DNA from: Spizellomyces punctatus DAOM BR117
Taxonomy: Eukaryota
Strand: one strand, 5' to 3'
Length of the DNA stretch: 56,533 nt
NCBI GenBank assembly: GCA_000182565.2
Contig: KQ257454.1
Position numbers and translations under genes: made by a program. The notes below the pieces were generated by a model, which was not told the DNA's origin, ran no database searches, and saw only the letters and a program-made list of their open reading frames with translations. Shown here piece after piece: positions 1 through 15,829 of this stretch; position 1 is the stretch's first letter, and each line of letters begins with the position of its first letter.

Positions 1-815
1 AGCGGGAGGATACGACATTATCCTAGTTGAAACCGTCGGCGTAGGACAATCCGAAACCATGTAAGCAACCCAATAATACTTTATCCAACTTTATATTCAT
101 ATTTGTATAAAGGGTATCGGAAATGACCGACATGTTTACGCTCCTTGTCGCACCGGGTGGAGGAGACGAACTCCAAGGTCTCAAAAAGGGCATTGTGGAA
201 CTCTCTGATTTGATCTTGGTTAATAAGAGTGATGGGGAATTGGAGGGGGCGGCCAAGGTGGCTGTTATGGAGTATTTGAGTGCACTCAAGTTTGTGAAAG
301 GGGGGTGGGAGCAGTGGCGAGCCGAGGTGGGGTCAAGTTGCAAAAACTGTTGGGTTGCGTGCAGTGCTTAAATGGCCTTTTTTTTTAGGTATTACCGGTT
401 TCTTCTCATCGTGGGACGCATATTCCAGAGGCATGGGAGATTATGAAGCGGTATTACCATGAAATTGAGGTATCGTTGAGCAAACTTTCTTCATTGTTTT
501 AGTTTTGATGGAGAATAACTCGATATAGTCATCCGGATACCTCTTTCAAAAACGTGGGACGCAACGTACAAACTGGATGTGGCGGGGTATTACGGATGAA
601 TTGATTTGGAGGTAACAAAAACACATTCAGTTCTTTTATTAAAACTACCAGATACTCATGAATGAAATCGTTTTTTGTTCAGATTAAAGAATAATGTACA
701 TGTCCGAGACATGATTCGACAGTTAGAAGGGGACGTATTTGAAGGACACTTGGCACCCGGACAAGCTTCGGATAAAGTTTTAGAAGCGTTTATATCTAGT
801 CAACAAAAGCGATAA
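1..815 (+). CDS. MMAA: MMAA/MeaB (ArgK-family) GTPase chaperone of methylmalonyl-CoA mutase, 3' part, multi-exon, 5' end outside the window
   Basis: Spliced translation gives GYDIILVETVGVGQSE...DMFTLLVAPGGGDELQGLKKGIVELSDLILVNKSDG, the MeaB/MMAA signature. Later exons read ...RGTQRTNWMW...LEAFISSQQKR, with TAA at 813-815. Confidence 0.9.
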
Positions 816-1004
816 ATGTGGTTTTGTAACCGGTTCAAATGCCTCATATGTCATCACCCACGTGAGGTGACACCCCAAATCACAAGGGAGTTCACACTAC
901 GTGGTCCCAAGCTTTTGTCAACTTGTCATTATCCGCATCATGCAGTGATTGTATCCTAGTTTTTAAACGTATTACTTGTATTGGAAAACACGCAAGACAC
1001 AAGA

Positions 1005-3114
<2,110 letters not shown>

Positions 3115-3657
3115 TGAAAGTGTTTTTTTTTTTTTTGTATAATGTTTTTTTCTGATAAAGTGGGTATATGGGGTTGCCGTTAAGAGTAGGTTTTTTGGTA
3201 TTCTTGTTTCCTTTATGCGGTTTGCCAAAGCCACTTGATCAATATATATGGGTTTGTTTATTGGAAAGTACTCGTAGGATAGCAATGGACAACCAGCCAA
3301 ACATTCAGAAAACACCCCTATGTTTGTTGAAAAAACTTTTTTTTTTCTTTTAACTCGTTTAAAATACTATACCCACACTAGTTCATATCAGACCCGCGTT
3401 AAACGAACCCGCCTCTTTAACCAAAATTCCGAAACCGCCATCACAGCTCAATCACAATCACAAAGTCGTATAAACAACACAACAATGAAAATATCCATCG
3501 GGTCGTAATATCACAATCCCCCCCCCCCCCCCCCAAAAAAAAAAAAACCCCCATCAAAAAGCACCAATAAAAAAAAAAACAATAAAAAAAAAATATAATA
3601 ATAAAAACACACACAAGAATTCCATTATACACAATGTTTTTTTTTTTTTTTCATTTT

Positions 3658-5961
3658 TTAGAATCCACCTCCCCACCGCTCAACCAACTCTTCAGTCAAT
3701 GTCCCCGCCGGATCCCCATTCCCAATCAAGCCCAAAACATCCACATCAACATTTCTCTGAAAATGATGCGAATGCGGGATCGTCATACCAGGGAGCGTGG
3801 TGGGTTGGCTATCTTCGCCTACTTGGAGTTCAATGAGGGTTTTGAGTTGGGCGTATAACGAGTGCATGTCGAGGTAGGTCGGTGGGGAGGGGGTGGGTTC
3901 CATGCGGACGCGTTTGGTGGGGGGAAAAGTGGGGAGAGAGGTTGAAGGAGGGTAGTGGGTGTAATCTGGGGATGGGAAAAAGGGGTCTTGGGTTAGGAGG
4001 GTTGGTGCGAGGGAAGTGGAGGAGAGGAGGCCGGCGGTGAGTTGGGAGCGGGGGTGGGGGGTGGTGGTTGACTGGCCGGTCGGGTCAGTCGAGTGATTTG
4101 TGGTTGTTGTTGTGGTGGTGGTAGTTGTTGTCGTCGTAGGTGGCGTCGAGGATAGAGCGGTGAACAGGGTCGTGGATAGGGTCGTCGGGTGGCCTGGAGA
4201 CATTCCCGTTTGTATTCCCGTGTGCATCCCTGTGGGCGTCCCTGTGGGCGTCCCTGTGGGCGTCCCTGTGGGCATTCCCGTTGGTATCCCCGTTGGTATC
4301 CCGGTACGCATGCCAGCATGCATTCCAGGTGACATTCCCGTTTGCATCCCTGGTGACATTCCCGTTTGCATCCCAGGTGACATTCCATTGAGCATTGCAG
4401 GTGATATTCCGGTATGCATTCCAGGCGACATTCCATTCGCTACTCCAGGGGACATTCCAGGCGACATTCCACTGGTTACAGGTGACATTCCCGTGTGTAT
4501 ACTAGGTGGAATTCCATTGGGCACCCCGGTGGGCATTCTAATGGACATTCCAGTATGCACACTCGGTGACATGCCATTGGACATGCCAGTGGGCACTCCC
4601 GCAGGCATGGGCCCAGGAGGATGCCCCATCATGTGCAAATTCGGACTGCTCATGCTCCGCAACAACGTTGGCGCCGTACCACCCGCCAACAACCCATTTT
4701 CTCTAGGCACCGACGTCCCCGATTTTGTTTTTCCCTTGTGCACCGGCAACCCCTTGCCTCGATTCCGCTTGCGAATCACGTCCGTTTTCAAACTAATCGG
4801 GCGATCCACGCCGTGGAGTTTGAAAAAGAGGCCGCAGGCGTTGCAGAGAGGGTCGCCGTTGGCGTTGCGGCGCCACAGCGATGTCTTGTTGGTACTGCAG
4901 TTTGTGCACACTGTGAATTCGTGAAGGTTTTTGGACGAGGGCTTTTTAGAGGGTGCGCGCCGCATGTCGGCTGACGACGACGATGTGGTGCTGACGGGTG
5001 AGGATGCAAGGTGTTGTTGTTGTTGTTGTTGTTCTTCTTCTTCTTGAACGGGTAGTGGTTGTGGTGGTTGTGGTTGTGGTGGTACCGGGTGTGGTGGTGC
5101 ATGTAAAGATGGTTCTTGTTCATGTGGTAGGGTTGGAACGGGAAAGACAGATTCCAACGAAAACGAGGATGCAGGAAGGGAATTAGAAAACGAGTTTGGG
5201 AGAGAGCTCGGAAGCGAGTGCTCAAAGGAATGCTCTGGGGCAAATGCATCCATGGACATGAATTCGTGCATCCACTGTTCTTGGTCAAAGGGCGAGTCAT
5301 ACGAGTGGCCGAGAAACGCCGCGTCTTGAAAAGCGGTAGCTGAAAAGGCGGGACCTGAAAAGGCGGGGGCTGAAAATGCCACGGCGGCGGCTGTTTCCAC
5401 TTGTTCCATTGGCGAATCCATTTTGTTGTGGGCGGGTATAGACATGGGCCTGCTGCTCATTGTCGTGTCCACATCCATTCCTGTGCTCATTGTGTCTGTG
5501 CTCGTGTCTCTGCTCATGTTGACCTCTGTTCCGTGTCTGTCCCTGTCCATGTCCATAAAGTCTGCATCTCCACTCGAGCGATTCCGTAGCTGCTCCTTTT
5601 TCTTTTGCATGTGCATGAGACGCCACGTCATGTTTTCCAGACGAGCACCGTTGGGAAAAGCCTCTTTGACTTTGGTAAAGAGCCTCCATACGTCGTGGTT
5701 GTCTGTTGACGTTTTTGCCGTGGACATTAGAGATGGAAAGAGGGAATCTGGGTCGACCAGACGCTCTTGAGGAGGCGGAGTTGCTTCCTGCAAGAGTTCC
5801 TCCTTGACCTTGTATCCCTGTTCCTGTACATGTTCTACAGTGGTAAAAGTGGGAGGAGGAGGAGGAGAAGAAAAGAGTTGTTTGAATATGGATTTGCGTC
5901 TGTCTGGGAGAGGAGGGAGGAGTGTATCGACAAGAGATATAGTAGTGTTGGAGGAAGTCAT
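3658..5961 (-). CDS. areA: AreA/Nit-2/Gat1-type GATA nitrogen-regulatory transcription factor, intronless
   Basis: N-terminal DUF1752-like motif [32 protein letters not shown] finger [50 protein letters not shown]. Likely ATG at 5961, since the ORF extension upstream is a (GT)n microsatellite. Confidence 0.88.
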   Translation of the reverse strand: MTSSNTTISLVDTLLPPLPDRRKSIFKQLFSSPPPPPTFTTVEHVQEQGYKVKEELLQEATPPPQERLVDPDSLFPSLMSTAKTSTDNHDVWRLFTKVKEAFPNGARLENMTWRLMHMQKKKEQLRNRSSGDADFMDMDRDRHGTEVNMSRDTSTDTMSTGMDVDTTMSSRPMSIPAHNKMDSPMEQVETAAAVAFSAPAFSGPAFSATAFQDAAFLGHSYDSPFDQEQWMHEFMSMDAFAPEHSFEHSLPSSLPNSFSNSLPASSFSLESVFPVPTLPHEQEPSLHAPPHPVPPQPQPPQPLPVQEEEEQQQQQQHLASSPVSTTSSSSADMRRAPSKKPSSKNLHEFTVCTNCSTNKTSLWRRNANGDPLCNACGLFFKLHGVDRPISLKTDVIRKRNRGKGLPVHKGKTKSGTSVPRENGLLAGGTAPTLLRSMSSPNLHMMGHPPGPMPAGVPTGMSNGMSPSVHTGMSIRMPTGVPNGIPPSIHTGMSPVTSGMSPGMSPGVANGMSPGMHTGISPAMLNGMSPGMQTGMSPGMQTGMSPGMHAGMRTGIPTGIPTGMPTGTPTGTPTGTPTGMHTGIQTGMSPGHPTTLSTTLFTALSSTPPTTTTTTTTTTTTTNHSTDPTGQSTTTPHPRSQLTAGLLSSTSLAPTLLTQDPFFPSPDYTHYPPSTSLPTFPPTKRVRMEPTPSPPTYLDMHSLYAQLKTLIELQVGEDSQPTTLPGMTIPHSHHFQRNVDVDVLGLIGNGDPAGTLTEELVERWGGGF
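4195..4610 (-). repeat. Coding minisatellite (12-bp and 24-bp units) encoding [12 protein letters not shown] repeats within the GATA factor
   Basis: On the + strand, CCCTGTGGGCGT occurs ~4 times and GGTGACATTCCCGTTTGCATCCC units recur; peptide [16 protein letters not shown]...GTPTGTPTG. Confidence 0.85.
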
Positions 5962-5999
5962 GACCTCTCCAGTAACAAGACAGCAAATGAGCAAAAAAC

Positions 6000-6155
6000 A
6001 ACACACACACACACACACACACTATAGTCTGTATGTGTGCGAGTGTGAAATAAAAAGAATAATAAAAAGAAGAAGGAGAAAAAGGACACGTGAGAATGCA
6101 ACATGTGAAAGAAGGGGGAATAAACGCGTGTGTGTTTATAAATAGTCACAATTGT

Positions 6156-6186
<31 letters not shown>

Positions 6187-6265
6187 ACGGATGTTAATGA
6201 AATCCTTTGTAAAAGTGCAATGAGAGAGAGAGAGAATAATGAAATCTACATGTGATTCATCATTC

Positions 6266-6300
<35 letters not shown>

Positions 6301-6415
6301 ATGTGTGTGTGTGTATGTGTGTGTGTGTGTTACTGTTTGTTAGTGTGTGTGTGTGAAATTGCCCTCTCTCTCTCTACTATGGGAAGGATTTAGCCCTCTC
6401 TCTCTCTCTCTCTCT
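6000..6415. repeat. Microsatellite cluster (AC)n, (AG)n, (GT)n, (CT)n upstream of the GATA factor
   Basis: Directly visible dinucleotide runs at ~6000-6022, 6156-6182, 6268-6298, 6302-6330 and 6395-6415. Confidence 0.95.
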
Positions 6416-6957
6416 TCACAACTCGATCAAGTGGGGACATTCAAGAATCTCTTATTATACACACAGTCACACACACACGTGTGTCATATGTTTTTGATTC
6501 CCCCTCCCGTTTTGTTTGAATGGCTACATGCATTTTACATTCACGCGTTCTCTCAGCCCACTCTCATCAGCCATGGTAACTAGACACTTGACTCTTTTCT
6601 TTTGCATGGTATACGGGGATCCGCATATCGTCCATGAAATCAAAAACGACTTTTACTAGCTCTTACTCTTTGCAAATTCAGGGCACTTCAAGAATGATAG
6701 AGTCATTACTACACACATCATCTCACTTGATAGTACACCGCCACTATATAGATTCGTCATGCATGGACTCAATTCAATGCACGCAAAACATTTTATCAGA
6801 CACGTTAACGTTCCATGGTTGCAATGGGGGCATGGCCACTCCTGTGCACATTGAAAGCACAAACGGGTTCATGCACAAATAAACAACAGAAATCCACACA
6901 TTCATATGCACACATGCAACACACAACACACGATTATATAATAAAAATATACAGGTA

Positions 6958-8054
6958 TTACCAAGAAACAGTTTGCTGTGCAGGCGGTTCCGTCTCGTAT
7001 TCAATCTCCATATGGGGGCCTAATCAAAAAAGAAATTTTAATATTGGCATCAATAAACACAGAAACAGCAATCGGCTTGCATCCCCAAACAATACTGGGC
7101 CCTGCACCACAGTCATGGAACATACGTTTTCGATCCGGTCGCGTCGAGGACGCTTTTCGCTTCTTGCCCCGTGAACCCGCTTCTTCTCTTGTTGTTGACG
7201 ACGACGACGACGATTCAGATCCATCATCAGACTCGTACCCGGCTCCCTCAACTCCATCCTCCAAATCCCATTCATCATCACTAACATCACTCACAAACTC
7301 TCTATCCAACTCTTCTTCTTCTTCTTCTTCTTCCAATTCTTCATCAATTTGCTCCTCCTCTTCATCCACCTCAACCTCCCCTTCCTCAGCCAACCGATCC
7401 AAAGCACCCACAAAAGCCGTCTGACGCTCATTCACAATATCCCCATAAACCCCCTTACGCAACCGCTCCAACAACTCTTTTTCAATAGCAGTTTCCAATC
7501 GTGCTGCCGCTTCCGCTTTGGCTTCCTTTCGTGTTTCCCGCCGCTCAATCTTTTTATTGATTCCAATCAGTTTGGCTCGTGGTTTGAGCACCAGTTTACG
7601 CATTCGGATTAGGTATTGCGTTATTTTTGTTAGACGTTGTTTACATTTGTGGATCGTAAATGACGGCCAATGTACGAGTTCTTTATCGATTTGGGCCAAT
7701 GCTTCCGTGTAAGATTTCGACAACCGGATTTTTTCCCATTGTTTGGCCGGTGTGTGGGCGCGCTCTATTGTCTTAATGTACAGATAGAGAATCCCATTGT
7801 GTTCGCGGATCGTTGCGTACCGGCTGTTGGCCAGTGGGCACGACTGTCGGTTGCAGAGGCCCGTTACATTGTTTTCGTTGCGGCAAAAGTTTTGGGTTGG
7901 TGTCCTGGGAACGTACTTGTGTGTGAGTATACACATGCGCATCACACTCACACACTCACACACGAACAATACAGATGGCAAAGCGTACATACTTGACTTT
8001 GAAGGAACAAAACTCAAAGGCAATCGTCTTCCAAATAAGTTCGTCGCACTGCAT
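6958..8054 (-). CDS. MAK16: MAK16 60S ribosome biogenesis protein (2 introns)
   Basis: [21 protein letters not shown] / [31 protein letters not shown]...KTIERAHTP, followed by an acidic tract and the C-terminal EIEYE motif. Confidence 0.95.
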
Positions 8055-8235
8055 GATCTTCAATGGTCCCAACCAACAGCAAAATGAAAATGACACCCTC
8101 CCCCCAATTCACAGAATCCGCAAGTTGTGACACAACAACCCATATCCACCTCTCCAAAAAAAAATAAAAAGCACGTGTACAGCTTATGTAATGCCAACGT
8201 GTCATTTCTATGTTTAACATGCTCGAATTTACATT

Positions 8236-11200
8236 CTATGCATCCCTCAGCCTTACAAAATTCTCCAAAGCCTTTTCCAATGCCTGTACTTCAGCTTCAA
8301 ACCCCTTGACTTTAGTCTCATTCAACTCTTTGACACTCGCACTCACACGAGAATAGCCTTCACCCAACGTCTTTGACGTCCAAAGCTGGAGGTTTTCCTT
8401 TGCTTTGGCGAGTTTGGTTTCGAGTTTGGTGATTTCGGTATCGAAATCAATGTACCCCTACACCCCAAACAACATAAGTACATTAGAAAAGAAACATGAC
8501 AACAAACAGTACATACTGGGCAGGCACGCCATACCTTGACAAGTAAATACACCACAATATCCTCTCCAACATTCTGAATCGCACATCCAGGGGGAACGAC
8601 ACCATCCCCTCCGAGCACATTCAGCACACTGGTGCCCTTGAGCAAACTCTGAATCACAAACGCCAACCCAGAAACAACACCCTCCATCTCCTTATTCCCA
8701 ACTTTAACAAAAACCGTCGCATCCCGTACAGTGTACTCTGTCAACAACTTTCGCGCTCCACGTACAATCTCGGTAATAGTGTCGTATTGGGCTTCTGCGG
8801 TTGGGTTCTCCCATGTAGGGTTTGGAGTCGGGTACCGCGCAATCATGATGGACGGTGGGTCGTTTTGACGGCGTGGGAGGCGTTGGTAGAGTTCTTCGGT
8901 TAAAAAGGGCATAAACGGGTGCAGGAGTTTGAGACCGGATTCGAGGCAAATGTAGAGTGTGTCTTTGCGCGCTTTGGCGGGCTACAGAGTCAGTACCGTC
9001 AATAAGCGGTTTTAGTCGTTTCCTACAAAAAGGAAAAGCCATCAGATTCAAGCAAAACGCAAACAAAAGGCGTCGGACAGGGTACGGTACCAGATAAACA
9101 TCACAAAGCTCATACAACCAAAACTGGTACAATGCAGTCGTAGCCTGCATGAAATTGTACTGCTCCAGATATTCATTGGTCTTGCGGATACATTGATTGA
9201 GTTTGGCCAAGATCCACAGATCCGCAATGGATTCTTTACCCGTAACCTACAAACCACCCCAAAACAACTCTCAATAAACAAAACAAACACGACCAAAAAA
9301 CACACAAAACGAAACGCACCTCAATGCCTGACCGAGGCGTATACCCCTCTCCCAATTTCAACAATGCAAACCTCGTCGCATTCCAAAGCTTATTACACCA
9401 CTTGCGGTACCCCTCCACCCGCAAAATATCCAAATTAATATCCGATCCACCAGACGTGTACGCCAAAAGCGCAAACCGCATAGCATCCGTCCCACATTGT
9501 GGAATCCCATTCGGAAAATCGCGTTTCTGACCTTCCTGCGCTTTTTTAATTTCTCGGGCGTCCAGGTTCCCTTCTTCCAGCCGTTTATGAAGGAGGGGGA
9601 GACTGATTCCGTTAATCACGTCCATTGGATCAATCACATTTCCGAGGGATTTGGACATTTTTCGACCATGGGCGTCACGGACCATGGCATGACAAAACAC
9701 CTAATACAAAAAATTCATCATGCTTGTCATGTTACACTAGCGGCTATATAAAAACACATACCTGCTTGAAGGGAATCTGTCCAGTAAGCTTCTGACCCAA
9801 CATGACCATCCTCGCAACCCAAAAGAACAAAATATCCCGTCCAGTCTCCAACAAACTATTAGGATAAAACACATTCATATCACCCGTTTGCTCTGGCCAT
9901 CCCATAATCGAAAACGGCCACAATCCAGACGAAAACCACGTATCCAAGACATCCTCATCCTGCTCCAACGTTATCTTGTCTGCAGGTACATCCGGGAAAC
10001 GTTTTATAGCTCTCTCACGTGCTTCTGCCTCATCTCGACCAGATACCCAAAACGCGCCGTCCATACGTTCATTGTCTTGACCCTCGATGTTGACAAAATA
10101 GGCCGGCACGCGATGACCCCACCATAATTGACGGGAAATGCACCAATCTTGAATGTTTTCCATCCAGCGGAACCATTCCTTTTCAGAGGTTTGGGGAATG
10201 ATTTCGAGTTGACCTGATTTGACGGCCTGTAGTTTAAAAGTCTTTGCTTGTCATTCTTTTTCTGTGCACACGATATACTCTACATACCTTGATCGCTTCT
10301 TGTGCCATGTCCTTGCAGTTTACCCACCATTGCGGCTTGAGCAAAGGTTCAACGATATTACCGGTACGCCTACAAAAAAAAAAAATGTAAGCACAAAACA
10401 CTCTCAACCAAAGCCCTAATAACTCCACAAAACACCTACTCTGATACAGGAATCACCATTTTGTTATCCTTGGTCCCACGATACAATCCTTTCTTTTTCA
10501 ACTCTTCCAACACAGCCTCACGCGCGTCAAACCTCAACAACCCACCAAACGGCGCCCCATTCTCATTAATCCTTCCTTCGTCGGTAAAGATGTTCACAAA
10601 CTCCAATTGATTCCGCTTGCCAACAATATAATCGTTTGGATCGTGCGCAGGGGTGATTTTCACGGCTCCTGTTCCAAATTCGGGGTCAACGTATTCATCG
10701 GGGATGATGGGGATACGACGGTTTTGGAAGGGGTGGATCACGTATTTTCCGTGAAGATGTGTGTATCGGGTGTCGTTGGGATGGACCGCTACAGCTGTAT
10801 CTCCAAGCATGGTTTCCAAACGTGTAGTGGCTACCACAATTTCCTCGGACGAGTTTTCAACAGGGTACGCAAATGAGATAATGACACCGAATTCGTACTG
10901 TTTCTTGGGATCGTGGTCAGGTACACTCAACAGAGTCCTCCCGGGTAGCTCCTTGTTTTCCACTTCAAGGTTGGATAGAGCCGTCTTGAGTTTCGTGTCC
11001 CAATTTACCAACCGGTTTTCGCGGTAAATAATGCCCTCGTCATGTAATCGGACAAAGGCTTCATTGACCGCTTTCACCATACTAGGATCCATAGTAAACC
11101 TTGCTCGGTCCCAATCCATAGAACTCCCCACACTCCGCAATTGTCCATAAATCCGGGACCCATACTGATCCTTCCATTTAAACACTTCCTTTAAAAACGC

Positions 11201-12096
11201 TTCTCGACCCAACTGATGCCGACTCAGACCTCTCTCCTTCATCAATCGCTTTTCAACAACAATCTGAGTAGCAATCCCAGCATGATCACATCCAGGTACA
11301 AACAAGGTCGTCTTGCCCTTCATCCGATTCCACCGCGTCAAACAATCTTGAATCGAGTTGGTCAGTGCGTGACCCAAGTGCAGAGCTCCCGTTACGTTGG
11401 GCGGTGGAATCGGGATCGTAAAGACGCCTTCGGGACGGGGTTTCCCGTTTGGCATATCCGGCTTGAAATAGCCAGACTTTTCCCACCAGTCGTACCAGGC
11501 AGCTTCGACAGCTTTAGGATTATAAGCGGTTGGACATGGACCACTCAGATCTGCCAAAAAAAAAAAAATACGTCAATCAAGGAATACATTACCATGCACA
11601 TACGACATGCCATACCTTTCTTTTCACCAGATGGCGTAGTATTCACAAACTCTGGCTCTGGCTCCACTTCTTTTACCTTGCTCTTTTTCTCCTTTTTCTT
11701 TACACCACCATCCGCCTAAACCAACCCAAACCATTTGCATAAAAGTTATACACACTAGTAATAATCCAGGAACATACATGCAAAACAGACACACACACAC
11801 ACCTGAGCAGCAGCAGCCTGAGCAGCCAATTTGGCCTCATACTTTGCCAACTTTGCCAACCGCTTCGCCTCATTCTTTTCAGCATTCTTTGATTTAGGCA
11901 CCTCATCCCCAATCGAACTCGCAACAGGACCATTTGTCGCTATAGAATCCGCCATCTGTTTACAATCCCGTATCGAAAATGAAAATAGTCGTGCTCGTTT
12001 ATGCGTCAGATGCGATGGTAATGGTTTATAAAAGGTACGCCGAGTGACTGCTGCAAATGAACTGGATGATATCCAATGGAGATGCACCAGTCGCAT
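8236..12096 (-). CDS. VAS1: Valyl-tRNA synthetase (probable dual mitochondrial/cytosolic), multi-exon; two apparent +1 frameshifts near 8965-9015
   Basis: [15 protein letters not shown] (HIGH motif), [46 protein letters not shown] and a C-terminal coiled coil. Confidence 0.95.
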
Positions 12097-12386
12097 GAAA
12101 AGGGAGCTGGCCTAGAAAACAACCCCCCAACCAGCTACAGGACACGTTGATCGACTTGTACCTACAGCCATTTGTTGCGCTTTTTCATTTGAACCTGCTT
12201 GTTTTGTGACTGTGCCATGATCTGTGGCTTGTACATGTCAGCAAGGCGAAGCACTTGTGGCCTTGCAAAGTGCATATGCCGTTAAACCCTCGTGCATTAG
12301 GGTACCCGTCATGCCCCTGATATCTGAGCACACACCAAGCAACTTTTGTTAATATAATATACAATTCTACCTATATCCATTCCTAA

Positions 12387-13369
12387 TCATCCAGAAGCAA
12401 AGGAATTTTCAGCAGCATCAACAGGCCCCTCCAAATGCTGATACTGACTCAAAACCACCGCATTCTCCCAATATAGGCGATCCAAAGCTTCTCGTCCATC
12501 CCTCTCAACCACCAAATCGCGTAAAAAGCGGATTTCTCGATACATCCGATCAAGGGATCCTGAAAGGGCTTCGACTTGGTTGGTTTTCTCGGTTGCCGCG
12601 CGCTCGAGGGCTTGTGTATACAATTTCTTTTTGAGTCGATGACGGGCTGAGGGGGTTGTCGTTGTTGCTGATGGGGGGAGCGTAATGGATATGGATGTAC
12701 CGGATGAAGATCCGATGGAGGCTCCATGTGAGGAAGAGGATTCGAATGAAGGGGTAATCGTGGAAGATGTGGAAATGAGCGAGGAGGGGAGAAATTCAGA
12801 TGGCGAAGAAGAAGGAGAAGAAAAGAGAGAGTCGAGAGAGGATGTGTGGTTGAGGAGGGGACGTGGTGTCATTGACGCCGTTGGGGGACCCAGGAATGTA
12901 TCTACAGAAGACGCCGACACGGACGCCGACATATTCGTAACCTCCAAAGGTAGAGGTACCGAATTTTGCAGATACTGAATCCCCGTGGATGCATAGTGTA
13001 CAATTTCTCTCTTTTCCACATTCATTAGGTTACTTTCCATCGATTTGCCTGTGGACTAGCACCAGGCGTCTGACTCTTGTGCTCAACGGCCATCGCATTC
13101 GCATGCGGACTGGCCGCCATCTTATGCTCTGTCACCAGCTCATGTGCACGCCCACCCGCAGGACCAATCGTCAAGTGCTGAATGAGCTCCTCAATCCCCC
13201 TCAATTCCCCCGTGTGCATAGCATCCAAAGCAGCCGTCAAGAGCATATTCTTTGAAACGACCGCATAGCATTTCTTGAGTCTGTTTGACGAATTGTTTGT
13301 AGGAACCAGGAGAGGCACCGTAATAGCCTGTCCCTGCAAATGCGGGGACGGAGATGGTGATGGATTCAT
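12387..13369 (-). CDS. bZIP-like transcription factor (Cys-3/MetR-like zipper), probably 2 exons
   Basis: Two ORFs join in frame through a GT-AG intron (~12975-13032). A Ser-rich region is followed by SARHRLKKKLYTQALERAATEKTNQVEALSGSLDRMYREIRFLRDLV. Confidence 0.55.
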
Positions 13370-15659
13370 GGCCAGTGCTAGCTAATGACCCCGTTGTGGG
13401 GAAAACACTGGGCTAAACACATTTTATAGCGAGCCACGGGAAAGCAAAAAGCACGCCATTTCATGTGAGAGAAATGAAAAGAATGCATTCGAATTCATAT
13501 TCTAAAATGGCATGTGAAACATTCTACTTTTAACCGACGACCTGGATTCCGTTTGGCCCATGTGAGATGAGAATTTCCATGAATAGTGCTTTTAGACACT
13601 CCACGAACACGGCGCCGAAATGGAGCCGACAAGATCATCTTTTTACATCTACTGTTGTCTTGACGATGATGGCTGGAATGCCATCCACAAGATCAGAAGA
13701 GGATGGATGAGGAGAGAGACCATATGGATAATGTTCAAAAGACGTTTACAAGGAAGGGAGCCCATCTCATACGCATTTTGCATGATATGAAAGATGCATT
13801 CCATTCCAAAATTCCATAGAACTGTATATTAGTTTATACATGTTCTATCCTTAGCTCCCCAGCTCATAAACCATACACATCTATCTCTGTTACATTATCG
13901 CACTATAAAATGTATAGTTCAGCAAAAGCAGTACCAGTTCATTCTCGCAAAGACAAAATGCTAATAAGTTTGTGGAGATGACCGGAATGGTCTGTTTTCA
14001 AAAAGTACATCCATAGCAACAACAAATCACAAGCTTTCAAATACAATGTGATTCTACTTGCTAGTCCCGCGAGTTTAAAGATGGAGCAGGAATTGCATCC
14101 GAGGGGATCCTTGAACTGGGCGGCAGATTTCCATTGTCCATTGATGACTTTTTCCTGTTTGGACGGAATTGTTCATGAGGGCGGCGTTTTGAATTTTGAC
14201 TGGTTATCTCCTACAATTGGGTTGAAAATCCACATCGAAATGGTAGGATCCTACGTACGCCTTTGAACTACCTGCATACTCAAAGTAATGTTAGGCTCAA
14301 CGTGAAATAAAAAGTCCAACAAAGCGTGGCTGGATGGTAAATATCTTATGTTATCGTCTTCCGTTGGAATACGTAACTTTCTTCATAATGAAAGTTATGG
14401 GGTCGAAATTTGCCGTTCCCACACATAAACCTTTCAATTTCCTGCCGCTATCTACACAGAGTTGGACCCATATTCGTATCCCTTATTCTCATTGTTTGTG
14501 ATAGCATAGGGTCATGTAGATTGGACCCATTGCTACAATTCGCAGCGAATATGCGATGGGACACAACACAGCGGTTAGCACAGTAGTTGTATTCAAATGA
14601 TTAATATTTCGTATGCGACGTTGAATGGGGAGATTCGTATCTTCTTCCATTATGGGTTGTTGTGGTTGCATTCATTCAAGGCGCTATTTTAAAGTGGTAG
14701 TGATACTACAGGAATGCCATCAAACCTGGATTAACGCATGCGCTGCTGTGCTTCTGCTCTGTACCCGTTATCTGTCCCATGAAATATTCGATACTAGTTG
14801 TAGGGAAAGTTAAAAAGTGCATCCACATCGACCGACGCACAAAAGTCCTCTTCATTGCACCAATGGAAATTGGTCGCTTATCAAACAGCGAGTGTCGATG
14901 CCACAGGACGCGTCAACGCGTCGCGAGTCGTCAACCTCCGCCTGACACGCGATGAACACTGCTATCATTTACACTCAGGCAGTCCAGGGTGTCCGACCAT
15001 CAATAAGGGGTTGATGCGATCACGGGCTGAACGGGTAGACAGGGAACGGTCGGACATAGTACGGTTTCACACCATGAACAGAAGATCAACGTTGTTCATC
15101 GTGTGGTTCACATATTGTGAGGGTGGTCCCCTTTCCTCCTTAAGATCACGAAAATCAGGCTGGGGGTTGGTTGAGTTGGGTGCTGAGGTTCTTGTGGCAT
15201 GGAAAAAGGCTTTGTTGGCTCGATAGACTCGTAGGGTTTCTAACAGAAGCGTTTTCCGTTGATAGTGCTTGTAGCATGGAAATCAAAAAATAACCAACGA
15301 AACAATACAGCATCTTACCACATCCATTAACATTATTGAAATGGCCTGTTACTTTGCTTGACACTCTGATCAAACAAAAACGGTCCAAGCATCACCAGAA
15401 AAAATAAACTGGGCCACAAATGAATTGATACAGACTACTATCTTTCATTCACTCCATTCAAACAAGAACCATGCCCTCATGGTACGAGACCTTTACGGGG
15501 GGCTCCGAGAGTCTTTCTGTGTAATGCCTGATTAAATACTACAAGGGACCTGTGGTGTTTTACCAGGTGCACGCTTTGGGAATTTATCAGGGTTTATTGG
15601 TCCCTATTTGTATACAAAAGTCGTACTCTGGTGGTAAAACGAGGCTGCTATGCCAGTTC

Positions 15660-15829
15660 TACAACTCGTATCGAATATTTGATCGGACAAGCATAGCAGC
15701 GGGTTTGACCTTGTATTGTGGTTGCCATCATTCAACTATTCAAGTAGGCCATACATCAAACCTGGTTAACGCACGCACTGCAATATTCCTGCTATGCTTT
15801 GTCCGATCAAATATTCGATAAGAGTTGTA
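15660..15829. repeat. ~40-bp inverted repeat with an 89-nt spacer, inside a degenerate duplicated region
   Basis: 15660-15699 TACAACTCGTATCGAATATTTGATCGGACAAGCATAGCAG matches the reverse complement of 15789-15829 with 1 mismatch and 1 indel. Confidence 0.9.

Noticed and set aside
4100-4924. 274-aa plus-strand ORF with GDIPVCIP repeats
   Set aside because: It is the antisense shadow of the GATA-factor coding repeat.
8960-9020. Two +1 frameshifts in ValRS, raising programmed frameshifting or pseudogene status
   Set aside because: Both fall in short A runs of an essential and otherwise intact gene, so sequencing or assembly error is most likely. Raw reads would settle it.
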